Source of the DNA: an uncultured delta proteobacterium
Lineage (GTDB): Bacteria > Desulfobacterota > Syntrophorhabdia > Syntrophorhabdales > WCHB1-27
Length of the DNA stretch: 64,000 nucleotides
Direction of reading: 5' to 3'
NCBI GenBank assembly: GCA_963810935.1
Contig: CAWEPK010000012.1
Location: forward strand, 224,001 to 288,000
Shown here: positions 33,459-44,099 of the stretch, piece by piece
How the letters are laid out: every line of letters starts with the position of its first letter
Position numbering within the stretch: the stretch's first letter is position 1
Position numbers and translations under genes: made by a program
Notes under the pieces: model-generated
What the model was told of the DNA's origin: nothing
The model's input: only the letters and a program-made list of their open reading frames with translations
Databases searched by the model: none

Positions 33459-34914
33459 CTACCGTAACACTACCTGTACCGTCCCTGCATTGCCGCTCTT
33501 CCGGTCCACCGCCAGTAGCGTGACCCGCTGGTGCGGCTTCAGCGGTGCTGTCGAGCTCTACAAACGACTCTATGCCTGTGATGGCCCGGCCGTCTATCTC
33601 AAGGATCAAATCGCCTACCTCGAAGCCGACCGCGCCGAGCGGGCCTTTCGGCTCCACTGACGCCACCGCGACCCCCTGCCTTCTGCCCAGCCCGAGCTGC
33701 TCCGCCTCTTTGGGCGTTACCGCCCTCACCTCTACGCCGAACCGTTCCTTGATGACGCCGACCGTGTACTTTACGGCCTCCTGGAGGCTCGCGATCTTGA
33801 TGACTATGTCGAGCTTCTTGCCCTGGCGCATGACCGTTAGTTTTGCGTCCTGGCCTACGGGCGTCACTCCGGCCATCGCCCGCGCCCCAGCCGCGTCGTT
33901 CACCTCGCTCCCCTCGTATGCGACGATCACGTCGTTTTTCTGGAGGCCCGCGCGCTCCGCAGGCCCACCCTTCGCCACCTCTGCGACCAGCGCGCCCCGC
34001 GTGGCGTTTATGCCCAGCGACCTTGCAATATCCGGCGTCAGGTCGCGCAGGCCCACGCCCATCCAGCCGCGCTCGACCTTACCGTGGGCGATCAGCGTCC
34101 TGACTACGTGGACCGCCATGTTGCTCGGTATCGCGAAGCCTATCCCTTCAGAGCCGCCCGACTGCGACGCAATGGCCGTATTGACGCCGATCACCTCTCC
34201 GTACAGGTTAAGGAGCGGCCCGCCGCTGTTGCCTGGGTTGATCGCAGCATCCGTCTGTAGGAAGTCCTGGTAACCCGTGGGGTCCGTGACCCCGCGCCTG
34301 TGCTTTGCGCTGATGATGCCCTGGGTGACCGTCTGGTCGAGGCCCCTGGGGTGGCCTATCGCGATGACCCACTCGCCGACCTCCATCCTGTCCGAGTCGC
34401 CGAAGGTAATGTACGGCAGGGGCTCCTTCGTCTGGATGCGAACTACGGCAAGGTCCGTCTTGGGGTCGCCGCCCACGAGCTTCGCCGGAAGCTTACGGCC
34501 GTCCGCAAGCAACACCTCTATTTTTGTGGCGCCCCCCGCCACGTGATAATTCGTCAATATGTTGCCTTTCGTATCGATTATCATGCCGCTGCCCAGCCCT
34601 CTCAATACCTGGAACTTCTTGGGCTGTCTGGAATTGCCGAAGAACTGGCGGAAAAAGGGATCGTTCTCGAAGGGGAAGAAAGACGGGACTTCCACCTCTT
34701 TGCGCTCGATCACGTCCAGATGCACTACGGCAGGAATATTCTGCTTTGCGACCTGCACGATGGCGCTGCTAAGGTCGGCGGGCTTCTTCCTGCCCGCCGT
34801 CTCGCCCTGCACGGGAAGGCAAAGGACGAGCAGGGCGCAAGCGGCCGCTGCGGCCGCAATAGCTGCCGCGCAAGCGCCGCTCTTCAGGCTCGGTAAGTAA
34901 CCGGATCGAAACAT
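33459..34914 (-). CDS. degP: Do/DegP (HtrA) serine endoprotease; frameshift near 33545
   Basis: TNYHV, DLAV, AINPGNSGG catalytic triad; two PDZ domains. Confidence 0.93.
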
Positions 34915-34999
34915 ATCTTAGAAGACCTCCTTGATCGTCGCTGTCGATAAATGTCTGTATACGATGCTCGTAAGCGGCCGTTCGCCGCTGCCGCGACCG

Positions 35000-35884
35000 C
35001 TACTGCTTACGGAATTCCAGTGCAGCCGGGTCCCATTCGTATCTGATCATGCCTTTTTCCAGGCGCTCCGCCCCTTTCGTCGCTGTAAAGGGCGCAAGTA
35101 TCCCCACAATGTTGCCCTTCATGTCTTTCTTAAGAATGACAGCCGCGCTGTAGACAGTCTTCTCCCCGCCCGCTCCCCCGGCGTATTCTTCCCGGCTCTT
35201 CAGCACCGTGCCCGCGCGCTTCGCGCCGCCCGCATAGAACGAATAAAAGTTTACCTGCTCCTGCCTGGCCGGGTCCACCTGGCAGCACGGGTTGTCGCCC
35301 GTTTTGAGGAAGGTGAGGCCCACCACCGCGCGCCCGTGGATGCGGGCCGTTTTTTCCCGGCGGATGCGGGTCATGGTAGCGCAGTCGTCGCAATCTTTAT
35401 CGTCGGGCATCATCACGAGGCGCGATGTAGCACGGCCTATGACGAGCGAAGCAAGCCTCTCGTCGCGGAATTTACTCTCGTAACCACGGACAGTGGAGAA
35501 ACACCCGTAGGAGAGAAGCGCCCCGACAGGCGCATCCTCGCCCGCGCTGTCCACGTGGAGCACGCTCACCGACATGGCCGCAGTCCCCGCGGCAGCCTCC
35601 CCCCATCGGCTCACCATCTCCTTGCAGCCATTGCTGTAGACCTCGGGCAGTGCGCCAAGCAATATCCGCCGCACAATCCCCTCGGGAAGCTCGCGGCCCT
35701 CGCCCTTGCCGGTGCGCAGGAAGAATTCCCTCAGAGTATTGTGGTCCTGCCCCTCGATAGCAGTCGTCCCTTCCACCTCCGGCAGGTTCAACCGGCAGAA
35801 TGCGGGCGAAGGTAACCCGACGCAAAGCACCGCCAGCGCCACGACCGCCGGAAAGACATAAACGTTCCATCTCGTCATCGCCAC
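35000..35884 (-). CDS. Hypothetical exported protein
   Basis: Signal peptide, several Cys, backbone-like codon usage. Confidence 0.65.
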   Translation of the reverse strand: MAMTRWNVYVFPAVVALAVLCVGLPSPAFCRLNLPEVEGTTAIEGQDHNTLREFFLRTGKGEGRELPEGIVRRILLGALPEVYSNGCKEMVSRWGEAAAGTAAMSVSVLHVDSAGEDAPVGALLSYGCFSTVRGYESKFRDERLASLVIGRATSRLVMMPDDKDCDDCATMTRIRREKTARIHGRAVVGLTFLKTGDNPCCQVDPARQEQVNFYSFYAGGAKRAGTVLKSREEYAGGAGGEKTVYSAAVILKKDMKGNIVGILAPFTATKGAERLEKGMIRYEWDPAALEFRKQ

Positions 35885-35976
35885 TGATTATGCCATAAAT
35901 TTTTTGCAGGCGGCAAGCCCAATCAACTAAATCCGGGAGTGATGGTTTCGGGAGAGTGAGAAAGAAATGTTTCCGT

Positions 35977-36480
35977 CTATTTATGCCCGCCGGGTATGCC
36001 GACCCTGACGAGCTGTGGTTTCAGGACTCGTATCAATTCCTGCGGGTCGAGGCCGACCAGCAGCCCGCGCCTGCCACCGTTTATGTATAGCTTCGGCAGG
36101 GCCGCTATCGTCTCTTCCATGTAGACGGGCATGGTCTTGCGCGTGCCGAAAGGCGATATGCCGCCCACCATGTAGCCCGTGTTCTTTTGCGCAGTCTCCG
36201 GGCTGCATGTCACGACCCGCTTCACACCGAGAAGACGGGCCAGCTCTTTCGTCGAGACCTCTTCGTCCCCGTGCATCAGCACGACTACCGGCCGCTTCTC
36301 CTCGTCTTCCATGAGCAGTGTCTTTATGACACTGTGCTCGTCCACGTGAAGCTCGCGGGCGCAGACTGCCGTGCCTCCCCTGTCCTCATACTTGTAGGGG
36401 TGCTCGCTGAAGGCAACACCGTTGTCGCGCAACGCGCGGATGGCAGGTGTTGAAGGCAATTTGTCTTTACTCATGACCAA
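35977..36480 (-). CDS. ybaK: Cys-tRNA(Pro) deacylase
   Basis: TPAIRAL, VIKTL, GYMVGGISPFG, NGGRRG. Confidence 0.93.
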   Translation of the reverse strand: MVMSKDKLPSTPAIRALRDNGVAFSEHPYKYEDRGGTAVCARELHVDEHSVIKTLLMEDEEKRPVVVLMHGDEEVSTKELARLLGVKRVVTCSPETAQKNTGYMVGGISPFGTRKTMPVYMEETIAALPKLYINGGRRGLLVGLDPQELIRVLKPQLVRVGIPGGHK

Positions 36481-36498
36481 CCACCGTCGCCTCTCCGA

Positions 36499-37305
36499 TC
36501 ATATTTTTAGGAGTTCTTTGACTTTTTTGACGATCGACCGTTTTACTTCGATCTTAAGGTACAGGTCGCCTCCGCCCTGCCCCATGCCGCGCAGCCTTAC
36601 CGATTGGCCGTCTTTTATGCCCGCCGGTATGGTGATCGCAAGCCGCCTGCCCATTTTGTCGAGGTACTCCACGCGCCCGCCCCGATCGGCCTCCCCCTCG
36701 TCGAGGGTCAGCCTGTCGTGCATGTCGCCCCCCTGCCCTACGCCCATGAGCCTATTCATGGCGTACCTGCCGAGTGCGCCCACCGCCCTGGCCAGTATGC
36801 CCGGCTGCCCAGCGAGCTCTCTCCCTGCCTGGCCGCCACCCTCCACCTCGCGCCTTGCGCCCTTGCCGCCCCATCTCATGCCGGGGCCGAAAATAATCAC
36901 CCTGCCGAACATGCCCGGCCCCCGGAACTCCCTCGTCCTGTAAACGCCGTGCTCGCGGAAGACCTCCTCGAAGCCCCGGACGCCGAAGGTCCGCGCCATC
37001 TCCTCGAAGATCTGGCCGATATCGGAATTTTTGAAGATGTCCTGCTCGGAGTATGTCTGCCTGAAGCGGTCGTGGGCCGAAGGGCCGTACTGCTCGGCCA
37101 GCATGTCGTACCTGGCCCGTTTTTCGGTGTCGGAGAGCACGGCATACGCCTCGTTTATCTCCTTCATCTTCTCGACGGCCGCCGGGTCGCCCTCGTTCCT
37201 GTCCGGATGGTACTGCAAGGCCAGCTTCCGGTAAGCCTCTTTGATCTCCTGAGGGCCCGCGTGCTTCTCGATCTCGAGCACCAGGTAATAATCTTTAGTG
37301 TTCAC
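36499..37305 (-). CDS. DnaJ-domain chaperone (CbpA-like, no zinc finger)
   Basis: DYYLVL, HPD motif, partial DnaJ C-terminal domain. Confidence 0.9.
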   Translation of the reverse strand: MNTKDYYLVLEIEKHAGPQEIKEAYRKLALQYHPDRNEGDPAAVEKMKEINEAYAVLSDTEKRARYDMLAEQYGPSAHDRFRQTYSEQDIFKNSDIGQIFEEMARTFGVRGFEEVFREHGVYRTREFRGPGMFGRVIIFGPGMRWGGKGARREVEGGGQAGRELAGQPGILARAVGALGRYAMNRLMGVGQGGDMHDRLTLDEGEADRGGRVEYLDKMGRRLAITIPAGIKDGQSVRLRGMGQGGGDLYLKIEVKRSIVKKVKELLKI

Positions 37306-37425
37306 GCTTGCCGCTCCATTGCCTTCACCGCCCTTAAAATAAGGTCATAAATCAACGCCATGTCAAACAGTCCGGCCGCCTGGCAGGCCAAACGGTGCAC
37401 TATTGTACCATGCAAACGGGCAGGC

Positions 37426-37455
37426 TTGACATTTCGATACTACATGTAGTATCAT
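37426..37455 (+). promoter_or_regulatory. hicAB promoter with overlapping palindromic operator
   Basis: TTGACA-18-TATCAT; perfect palindrome GATACTACATGTAGTATC at 37436-37453. Confidence 0.75.
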
Positions 37456-37460
37456 CATCT

Positions 37461-37724
37461 ATGGTCGCCACCCGCAAGAAACTCGCCGCAATGCGCAATA
37501 ACCCGCGAGGCAACTGGAAAATTGAGGACTTACACACGGTGGCCGCGGATTGGGGCATCGAGATAAGGAATGCGGGAGGGAGCCATCATATTTTCTCCCA
37601 CCCCGATATCGATTTTCACCTGACCGTCCCGGCCCGCAGGCCCATTAAATCTGTATATATAAGGAAGTTTATCGATATGATCGATGAGATCAACGATAAA
37701 ACAGCAAAAGGGGTGACTAAATGA
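37461..37724 (+). CDS. hicA: HicA toxin
   Basis: RNNPRGNW, GGSHHIFSHP, TVPARRPIK. Confidence 0.9.
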   Translation: MVATRKKLAAMRNNPRGNWKIEDLHTVAADWGIEIRNAGGSHHIFSHPDIDFHLTVPARRPIKSVYIRKFIDMIDEINDKTAKGVTK

Positions 37725-38155
37725 AGCGTGTAAAGAACATCGAGCGCGTGGAGCCTCCGTATCCGTTCGAGGCGTATGCACACGTTGCTACCCCCCTGGG
37801 TAAGGAGGACGGGGGAGGCTACCTGATTACTTTTCCCGATCTTCCGGGCTGTATGTCCGACGGCGACACGCTGGAGGAAGCCGTGGAGAACGCCCGAGAC
37901 GCCTTCGCCGGTTGGGTCTCGGCGCAAATCGACGTGGGACGAAAAGTACCTCAACCCCAGTGGCAGCCGGAGACCGCTGCCGATGTCTCGGGTAAATTTG
38001 TTCAGCGCGTCCCGAAAACCGTCCACGCAAGACTAGTCCGACGGGCAAAGGCGGAGGGAGTGAGCCTCAACAGCCTGGTGCTGACCTTTATCGCGGAAGG
38101 GTTGGGGAAACGGGAAGAAAAAAACCCGAAGACCGGCCACAGACAGGCCGGCTGA
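37721..38155 (+). CDS. hicB: HicB antitoxin
   Basis: GGYLITFPDLPGCMSDGDTLEEA; SGKFVQRVP...EGVSLN. Confidence 0.92.
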   Translation: MKRVKNIERVEPPYPFEAYAHVATPLGKEDGGGYLITFPDLPGCMSDGDTLEEAVENARDAFAGWVSAQIDVGRKVPQPQWQPETAADVSGKFVQRVPKTVHARLVRRAKAEGVSLNSLVLTFIAEGLGKREEKNPKTGHRQAG

Positions 38156-38175
38156 TTACGGCCACTTGCCTTGGC

Positions 38176-38313
38176 GACGAGCCGAGGTTCATGGTGATGG
38201 GCAGGATCGGTGAAAAGCATTGGTCGGCCGTCATCACTTATCGGGCCGGGAGGATCAGAATAATCTCGGTGCGCAGGTCGCGGAAAGAGGAGGTCGATCT
38301 TTATGAAGGCTGA
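38176..38313 (+). pseudogene. brnT: 5'-truncated BrnT toxin
   Basis: EPRFMVMGRIGEKHWSAVITYR.GRIRIISVRRSRKEEVDLYEG*; N-terminus absent. Confidence 0.8.
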
Positions 38314-38527
38314 AGAATTCGACAAAAAATTCGATGCGGGGGAAGACGTAACGAAATACCTCGACGCCTCGAAGGCCAGAAGGCCCGGCCAGGAGCAGAA
38401 GAGGGTGAACGTCGATTTCCCCGCGTGGATGGTCCGCCTCCTCGACAAGGAGGCAAGACGCCTCGCCGTGCCCCGGCAGGCCATCATCAAGGTATGGATA
38501 GGCGAGCGCCTGGAAAAAACAGGCTGA
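38303..38527 (+). CDS. brnA: BrnA/CopG-type antitoxin
   Basis: MKAEEFDKKFDAGED...KRVNVDFPAWM. Confidence 0.92.
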   Translation: MKAEEFDKKFDAGEDVTKYLDASKARRPGQEQKRVNVDFPAWMVRLLDKEARRLAVPRQAIIKVWIGERLEKTG

Positions 38528-38654
38528 TTGCGCGCCTGGCGGCCTTTCCCTCCGGCCGCCCCACCCTCCCTCGCTCGCTTCATCCGGTCTCCCCGCCCGT
38601 CACCCATTTTGCCGTTGACATAGACCGCCCGCGCCGTGTTATCATATGGCATAC

Positions 38655-38800
38655 TGGTACTCAGGGCGGGGTGGAAGTCCCCACCGGCGGTATCCCGGTT
38701 TTGAGCCGGGGAGCCCGCGAGCGCCCCTTCTTCCAGGAAGGGGGTCAGCAGACCTGGTGAAAAGCCAGGGCCGACGGTTACAGTCCGGACGGAAGAGCAT
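38655..38800 (+). promoter_or_regulatory. FMN riboswitch (RFN element)
   Basis: CAGGGCGGGGTGGAAGTCCCCACCGGCGGT...AGCCCGCGAGC...CCGACGGTTACAGTCCGGACGGAAGA upstream of ribB. Confidence 0.95.
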
Positions 38801-38911
38801 CGGGCGAATATCTGCAACACCCGCAAGCGGGCCTGTCGCCCGCGCGGACCTCGTGCCTTTTCTTCCCATATCCCTCTGAACCGGCAAAATTCAGCGTTGA
38901 GGAGGAACACC

Positions 38912-39559
38912 ATGAGAGAACAGGTCCTCGCCGGTTTCGGCGGCCCGCTCGAACGGGTCGAGAATGCCCTCGCTGCCATAGCCGCAGGCCGTGGCGTCCT
39001 CGTAACCGATGACGAAAAACGGGAGAACGAGGGAGACATCATCTTTGCTGCAGAGAGCATCACCGAAGCGCAGATGGCAATGCTCATCAGAGAGGGCAGC
39101 GGGATCGTCTGCCTCTGCCTCACCCCGGAAAAGGTGCAGGAGCTCGGCCTGCCGATGATGGTAGAGAGGAATTCCAGCCGCTTCGGCACTGCCTTCACGG
39201 TGACCATCGAGGCAGCAGAGGGCGTAACGACGGGTGTCTCCGCCCATGACAGGGTCGCCACAATAAAGGCTGCCGTCGCGGACGGCGCGGTGCCGGAGCA
39301 CCTCCACCGCCCCGGCCATGTCTTCCCACTGAGGGCGCGGGCGGGCGGCGTCCTTGAAAGGCAGGGCCACACGGAGGCAGCCGTCGATCTCGCCCGGCTG
39401 GCCGGGTTAAGGCCCTGCGGCGTGCTCTGCGAGCTTATGAACGCGGACGGCACCATGGCCCATTTGCCTGAGATAACGGCCTTCGCCCGCGCCCACGCGA
39501 TGCCCGTGGTTACTGTCGGTGACCTGGTGAGATACAGAAACAACGGGCAAACGCACTGA
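38912..39559 (+). CDS. ribB: 3,4-dihydroxy-2-butanone-4-phosphate synthase
   Basis: [40 protein letters not shown]. Confidence 0.97.
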   Translation: MREQVLAGFGGPLERVENALAAIAAGRGVLVTDDEKRENEGDIIFAAESITEAQMAMLIREGSGIVCLCLTPEKVQELGLPMMVERNSSRFGTAFTVTIEAAEGVTTGVSAHDRVATIKAAVADGAVPEHLHRPGHVFPLRARAGGVLERQGHTEAAVDLARLAGLRPCGVLCELMNADGTMAHLPEITAFARAHAMPVVTVGDLVRYRNNGQTH

Positions 39560-39609
39560 AAGGCGGGCCAACGGAAAGCGAGATATAGCGGCCCGCGCCT
39601 AACGTCGCC

Positions 39610-41175
39610 CTATCTCCCCCCGTCTACGTACGTGAAGGCGCCTATGTCCCACGCACCCGGCTGCCTTGCCCTCCCCTGCATGTCTGCCGACGATACGCCG
39701 GCGGGCCACTCGCCGGTCAGGTCTTGACCTGTGCCCCTTGCGCCGGAGGTGGGCATCAGGGTGTAGTCGTCTTTGTCCGGGTCCGCGAAGCCCGCGAACC
39801 TCCCGCCGCCGGAGTCGAGGCTGTGGGCATCCTTCCCCCAATATGCCTGCCAGTCGGCAAGGTTGGGCCTGCCGCCGAACGCATATTCCCTGAACCGCTT
39901 CTCGCCGCCCGGCGCGTCGTACCATCTTATGAGCTTCCCTTCATCGCTGCCCGAATCATACAAGTTGTAGTCCGCGTTGTAGCGTATCGTCCCACAGTCG
40001 TGCGCCCATACTGCATGGGCCGTGCTGCCGTAAATAATCGTGTTTTTCACGGTCACTATCGTCGGCCTCGAGAAGGCGAGGGTGTCGAGATAAAGCCCGT
40101 AGACGTTCTTTGCCGAAACACAGTTGTACAGGTAAGCTGTCGGCCCCTTGCAGACGGACCACCCAGACCCGTTTTTGCGGCTCACGCAGTTGAGGTACCA
40201 GACCCTCGACTGGCCGGGCACGTCGTCGAGGGCGCACCTGAAGCCCACCCCGTTGCCGTACGCCTCGCAGTCGAGATAGACGATGCGGTCCGTGACGGTC
40301 GATATGGGCCATCCGGCGCTGGCCGCATCGAAGCCCCTGCCTCCATTGTCACGGGCTGTGCACTTCTCGAATTTTATATTCGTGCTGTTCATGCACCTGA
40401 AGCCCGCGCCTGCCTGCAAGTCTATGGAATCGGGGCCTTTAGCCCCGTAGCCATGCGCGACGCAATCGCGGACAGCGCCGTTGGAGCAGCCGAGCGTCTG
40501 GCCGCCTATGGAAAACCCTGCGCCGAGCGGCACGCCGCCGCCGTCCGCCTCGACGTCCTCCACAAGAAAGCCGTCCTGGTTGCGCAGTACCACGCCGGGG
40601 CCGTCGTTGCCTGTTAAAAGCAGATTGCGGATAACGAGCCCCTGCATCTTCTGCCCTTCCGACAGGCCGATTGCCCGCAATGCAGCGCCGCTGCTGTTCC
40701 GCACTACGATGCCGCCGGGGCCGCCGCCGTCGATCTGCACGTTGTCGATGCCGACGACGGAGAACGCAGCGTCGTGATGGCCGACCGTCCGGCCCGCGCA
40801 GTCTACAACCACCGCGCCCGACCCCCATGACGGGTCGCACTTGATCGTGATGGGCTCGGCCTTCGTGCCGCTCTCGTACCACTGGCCGTCGATGACGACC
40901 TTTGCATAGAGCGTCGAGCCTGCTTTCAGGACGATCGTATCTCCCGCCCTGATCTTCTCCCACCCCGCCCCCGGCGCACCGCCTGACGCAGCCGCGTAAG
41001 AACCCGGTATGTTCTGCCAAGCCGCAGACTGGCTTATGCCCGGGTTAGCGTCGTTCCCCGCCGCAGAATCGACATAGTAGACCGACGCCCCCGCGCACAA
41101 AGGCGCAACCAGGCAGAAGAGCAAGACCAAAAGCAGGACAGCCGCAGGCCGAGTATGTAACATTCCCGACATCAT
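39610..41175 (-). CDS. Secreted right-handed parallel beta-helix protein (start uncertain)
   Basis: YYVDSAAGNDANPG N-terminus, beta-helix repeats, C-terminal WDIGAF. Confidence 0.8.
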   Translation of the reverse strand: MMSGMLHTRPAAVLLLVLLFCLVAPLCAGASVYYVDSAAGNDANPGISQSAAWQNIPGSYAAASGGAPGAGWEKIRAGDTIVLKAGSTLYAKVVIDGQWYESGTKAEPITIKCDPSWGSGAVVVDCAGRTVGHHDAAFSVVGIDNVQIDGGGPGGIVVRNSSGAALRAIGLSEGQKMQGLVIRNLLLTGNDGPGVVLRNQDGFLVEDVEADGGGVPLGAGFSIGGQTLGCSNGAVRDCVAHGYGAKGPDSIDLQAGAGFRCMNSTNIKFEKCTARDNGGRGFDAASAGWPISTVTDRIVYLDCEAYGNGVGFRCALDDVPGQSRVWYLNCVSRKNGSGWSVCKGPTAYLYNCVSAKNVYGLYLDTLAFSRPTIVTVKNTIIYGSTAHAVWAHDCGTIRYNADYNLYDSGSDEGKLIRWYDAPGGEKRFREYAFGGRPNLADWQAYWGKDAHSLDSGGGRFAGFADPDKDDYTLMPTSGARGTGQDLTGEWPAGVSSADMQGRARQPGAWDIGAFTYVDGGR

Positions 41176-41228
41176 AGCATGTAGTTTTAGTAAATTGGTT
41201 CTAATTCTGTCAAGCGTTTTCAGAGTAT

Positions 41229-43312
41229 TGCACTTCACGTACCCAACATTTTATAGACGAACCCAAGGGAGGGGTGTAGAATGAAATGCACTGTAAATAG
41301 TAACAGTTTAAGGGAGGATATGATTATGACTGAGGATTCTCGATATCTCCTCAAGACCCTTCTTGACCAGACTAGAGTAGCCAATTACCCCTCTCTGGCA
41401 CCAGATAAATATTTTGAGATATTTAGTGCTCATCAAGCCTTAAAGGCTAGGCACTTTAACCCTGACCCAACGGAGATCGAATCAGGAATCGTAGGTGGTG
41501 ATGGTGATGGGGGCGTGGACGGCTTTTATTTGTTTGTTAACAAGAAATTTATTCGTGAGGACACCGATCCAGCTATCTTTAAAGATCAACAGATCAACAT
41601 TGAAGTAGTGATTGTGCAAGGAAAGAATAAGGCATCATTTGAAGAGTCGGTCCCTATGAAATTGAGCGATTTTATAGAGCACTGTCTCCGCCTAAGCGCC
41701 GATATCACATCATCTCAATTGTATAGTGATAGTCTTCTGACTCTTGTTAAGAAATTTCACGCGATTTACAAACCAGCTATATCGTTCCGTCCGGCTCTGA
41801 GTATTAATTTTTTCCACGTGACTTTAGGAGAACAAATTGACGATAAGGTAAAAGCTCGCGCCGAGTTATTGGAACAAAAAACTAAAGAGTCCTTTCCCAC
41901 TTCCGACTGTCACTATAATTTTATCGGCGGGAGAGCTTTGATTGATCTGTACTACCAACAGCCCGAGAGTACGTTATTGCTACCTATCCGGAAGTACTTT
42001 GATTATCAATCTTTCGGTAAAACCGCTTTTGTCTGTGTCGTTTCACTCCCAGATTATTATGACTTCATCAGGGATGGTCTTTCTCTGCGAGAATACATGT
42101 TTGAGGCTAATGTTCGAGACCACGCGCCAGATGCGACAGTAAATAAAGCTATTCATACTACGCTTGCTGTGCCTGACAATGATGACTTCTGGTGGCTAAA
42201 CAACGGCATTACTATTCTTGCATCTGACGTTTCTTATACCGGCAACGCGCTCAGGCTTACCGACCCTCAAATTGTCAACGGATTGCAAACCTCACACGAA
42301 GTATTCAACCATTTTGCGGAAGCAGTTTTGTTTAGGCCCCAGGATAATCGTTCCGTGATGGTGAAAGTAATCAGGAACATTGACGCAGATACATCGGATC
42401 GAATTATAAGAGCGACGAATAGCCAGACAAAAATAGAGTCTATTAATCTTCACGCCTCGGAACAGATTCACAGGGACATTGAAACGGCCCTGAAGAACGT
42501 TGATTTATTCTATGACAGAAGGAAGAATTTCTATCTGAACAAGGGCGCGTCCGCCTCGAAGATCATCACAATCGGATACATGGCCCAAGCTATAACGGCT
42601 ATTGTGTTGCAGCAACCGAACGACGCGAGAGCGCGACCAACGACTGTAGCTGATAAGAACTATAAGAAATTATTCTCGGATATATACCCGATTCAGCTAT
42701 ACCCGAAGTGTGCTCAAATTATGAAGCGGGTTGATTTGTATCTGGATGAAAAAGGCCTTACCCAAGGGACAAAGCTAAATCTCGTATTCTATCTTGGCAT
42801 GTATGCCACTTCTGCCGCATTCAAGATAGTTAAGCCAAATACGGCTAAAATAGCGTCTTGCGACATGTCTTTGTTGGCGGAATCTCTTTTGGATGGGTGT
42901 TATGCTTGGCTTTTGGAGACATTTGCGAAACTTGGCGGTAGTGACACAACCGCGAAAGGTCCGACCTTAGTGGCGGCTTTGAAAGAGCACATTAACGGGG
43001 AATATGGACGCCGCCCTGCTTTTTAAGATAACGAATAGGTAACAGGGCTGAGATGTGCGCCGTTTCTTCAGAATCTTCCCGCTTGCCTTCTCAACCCTTT
43101 CCCCTGCATCCTCGGCTTGGACAGCTTTTGCAGTCTCTAAAAAGCGACAGACTGCTTCTTGTCGTCTGGCTCGGGGTTCTTTTTCCTTGGCATTTTGTCT
43201 CTCCCTTTTCTCTTTAATTGGTCGTTTGATAGGTCAGACGCTTGCCAACGATACCACGCAGGAGCGCGCCTACACGAGCCACATCGGTATATCGTCTGCC
43301 CACTCTCTTGTT
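41229..43312 (-). mobile_element. Decayed IS1595-like element carrying AIPR
   Basis: Transposase C-terminal stub ...DVARVGALLRGIVGKRLTYQTTN* (43214-43312); small downstream ORF from 43193; candidate end GGGTACGTGAAGTGCA near 41229-41244. Confidence 0.6.
41326..43026 (+). CDS. AIPR family protein
   Basis: GDGGVDG, FEANVRD, FWWLNNGIT, QIVNGLQTS, ATNSQT, YDRRKN; AT-rich. Confidence 0.93.
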   Translation: MTEDSRYLLKTLLDQTRVANYPSLAPDKYFEIFSAHQALKARHFNPDPTEIESGIVGGDGDGGVDGFYLFVNKKFIREDTDPAIFKDQQINIEVVIVQGKNKASFEESVPMKLSDFIEHCLRLSADITSSQLYSDSLLTLVKKFHAIYKPAISFRPALSINFFHVTLGEQIDDKVKARAELLEQKTKESFPTSDCHYNFIGGRALIDLYYQQPESTLLLPIRKYFDYQSFGKTAFVCVVSLPDYYDFIRDGLSLREYMFEANVRDHAPDATVNKAIHTTLAVPDNDDFWWLNNGITILASDVSYTGNALRLTDPQIVNGLQTSHEVFNHFAEAVLFRPQDNRSVMVKVIRNIDADTSDRIIRATNSQTKIESINLHASEQIHRDIETALKNVDLFYDRRKNFYLNKGASASKIITIGYMAQAITAIVLQQPNDARARPTTVADKNYKKLFSDIYPIQLYPKCAQIMKRVDLYLDEKGLTQGTKLNLVFYLGMYATSAAFKIVKPNTAKIASCDMSLLAESLLDGCYAWLLETFAKLGGSDTTAKGPTLVAALKEHINGEYGRRPAF

Positions 43313-43361
43313 ACGCAGTGAGATTCTTTAGCTGTGCCCAGACTTGAGCCGAGTAAGCCAT
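43311..43361 (-). pseudogene. Stub of a probable HicA-type toxin
   Basis: MAYSAQVWAQLKNLTA* with RBS GGAG directly after hicB; ends where the transposase stub begins. Confidence 0.5.
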
Positions 43362-43368
43362 TCTCCAC

Positions 43369-43764
43369 TCAAATGGCTACGCGGATGTCTTCTGTGTGCC
43401 TTTGCCGGGAGGAACATGCGGTGCATGATGGTTGATAAGCGGGGCCTTCCACGATCCTTAAGGGGATAGCATCACCATGCTTTAAGAGAGATTCAATATA
43501 GAGCTTAATGGCGACTTTTGTATTTTTAAGGGCCTTTTTTTCGGTGCTGCCGTCTATGTGGATACCCTTTAAGGCCGGGCAATAGGCATAAAAGGAATCT
43601 CCATCCTCTTCAATGCATATATCGACGCTAAACGTGATGGAGTTGCCTTTAGTTAAGCCGGTCACCTGTTTGTCTCCTCCTTCGTGCCTCTTGGGCCTAT
43701 ACGGCGCCTGCATATAGTAACAATAATTGAGAGATTGTCTTCCGACCACCGATCTTCGCCGCAA
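43369..43764 (-). CDS. hicB: HicB family antitoxin (start uncertain)
   Basis: IEEDGDSFYAYCPALKGIHIDGSTEKKAL...YIESLLKHGDAIP. Confidence 0.8.
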   Translation of the reverse strand: MRRRSVVGRQSLNYCYYMQAPYRPKRHEGGDKQVTGLTKGNSITFSVDICIEEDGDSFYAYCPALKGIHIDGSTEKKALKNTKVAIKLYIESLLKHGDAIPLRIVEGPAYQPSCTACSSRQRHTEDIRVAI

Positions 43765-43873
43765 TTGGCCGCACTGAAGGCCAATTGCGGCACGGTAGAT
43801 ACCTCAACTCCAATGAGCGCTTTTTTCCGGCAAAGCCGGGCGGCAGAGGCTTGCTGATGCCGACCACCCCTAA

Positions 43874-44042
43874 CAGCAATTGTCCGTCCAGGCGGACAAT
43901 TGCTGTCGTGAACGGAGGAGCCGCATGGAGGATGCTTCATATGCGGATGCAATGGGAGCCGTGGCGGCCGGAGATCGTACATTCGTACATCGGAGGCCCC
44001 ACGGCGAGCAGGGCGCCGCAGAGGGAGCATCCTTCATGCGGC
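43874..44042. repeat. Perfect hairpin (43874-43905) plus divergent family-B-like palindrome (43920-44042)
   Basis: CAGCAATTGTCCG/CGGACAATTGCTG; GCCGCATGGAGGATGCT/AGCATCCTTCATGCGGC flanking a CGTAC-ATTC-GTAC core. Confidence 0.7.
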
Positions 44043-44099
44043 GAGTCCAGACCTGGCCACCACATCCCGCCTTTGCCATTATCATGACCACCGCGGGTG

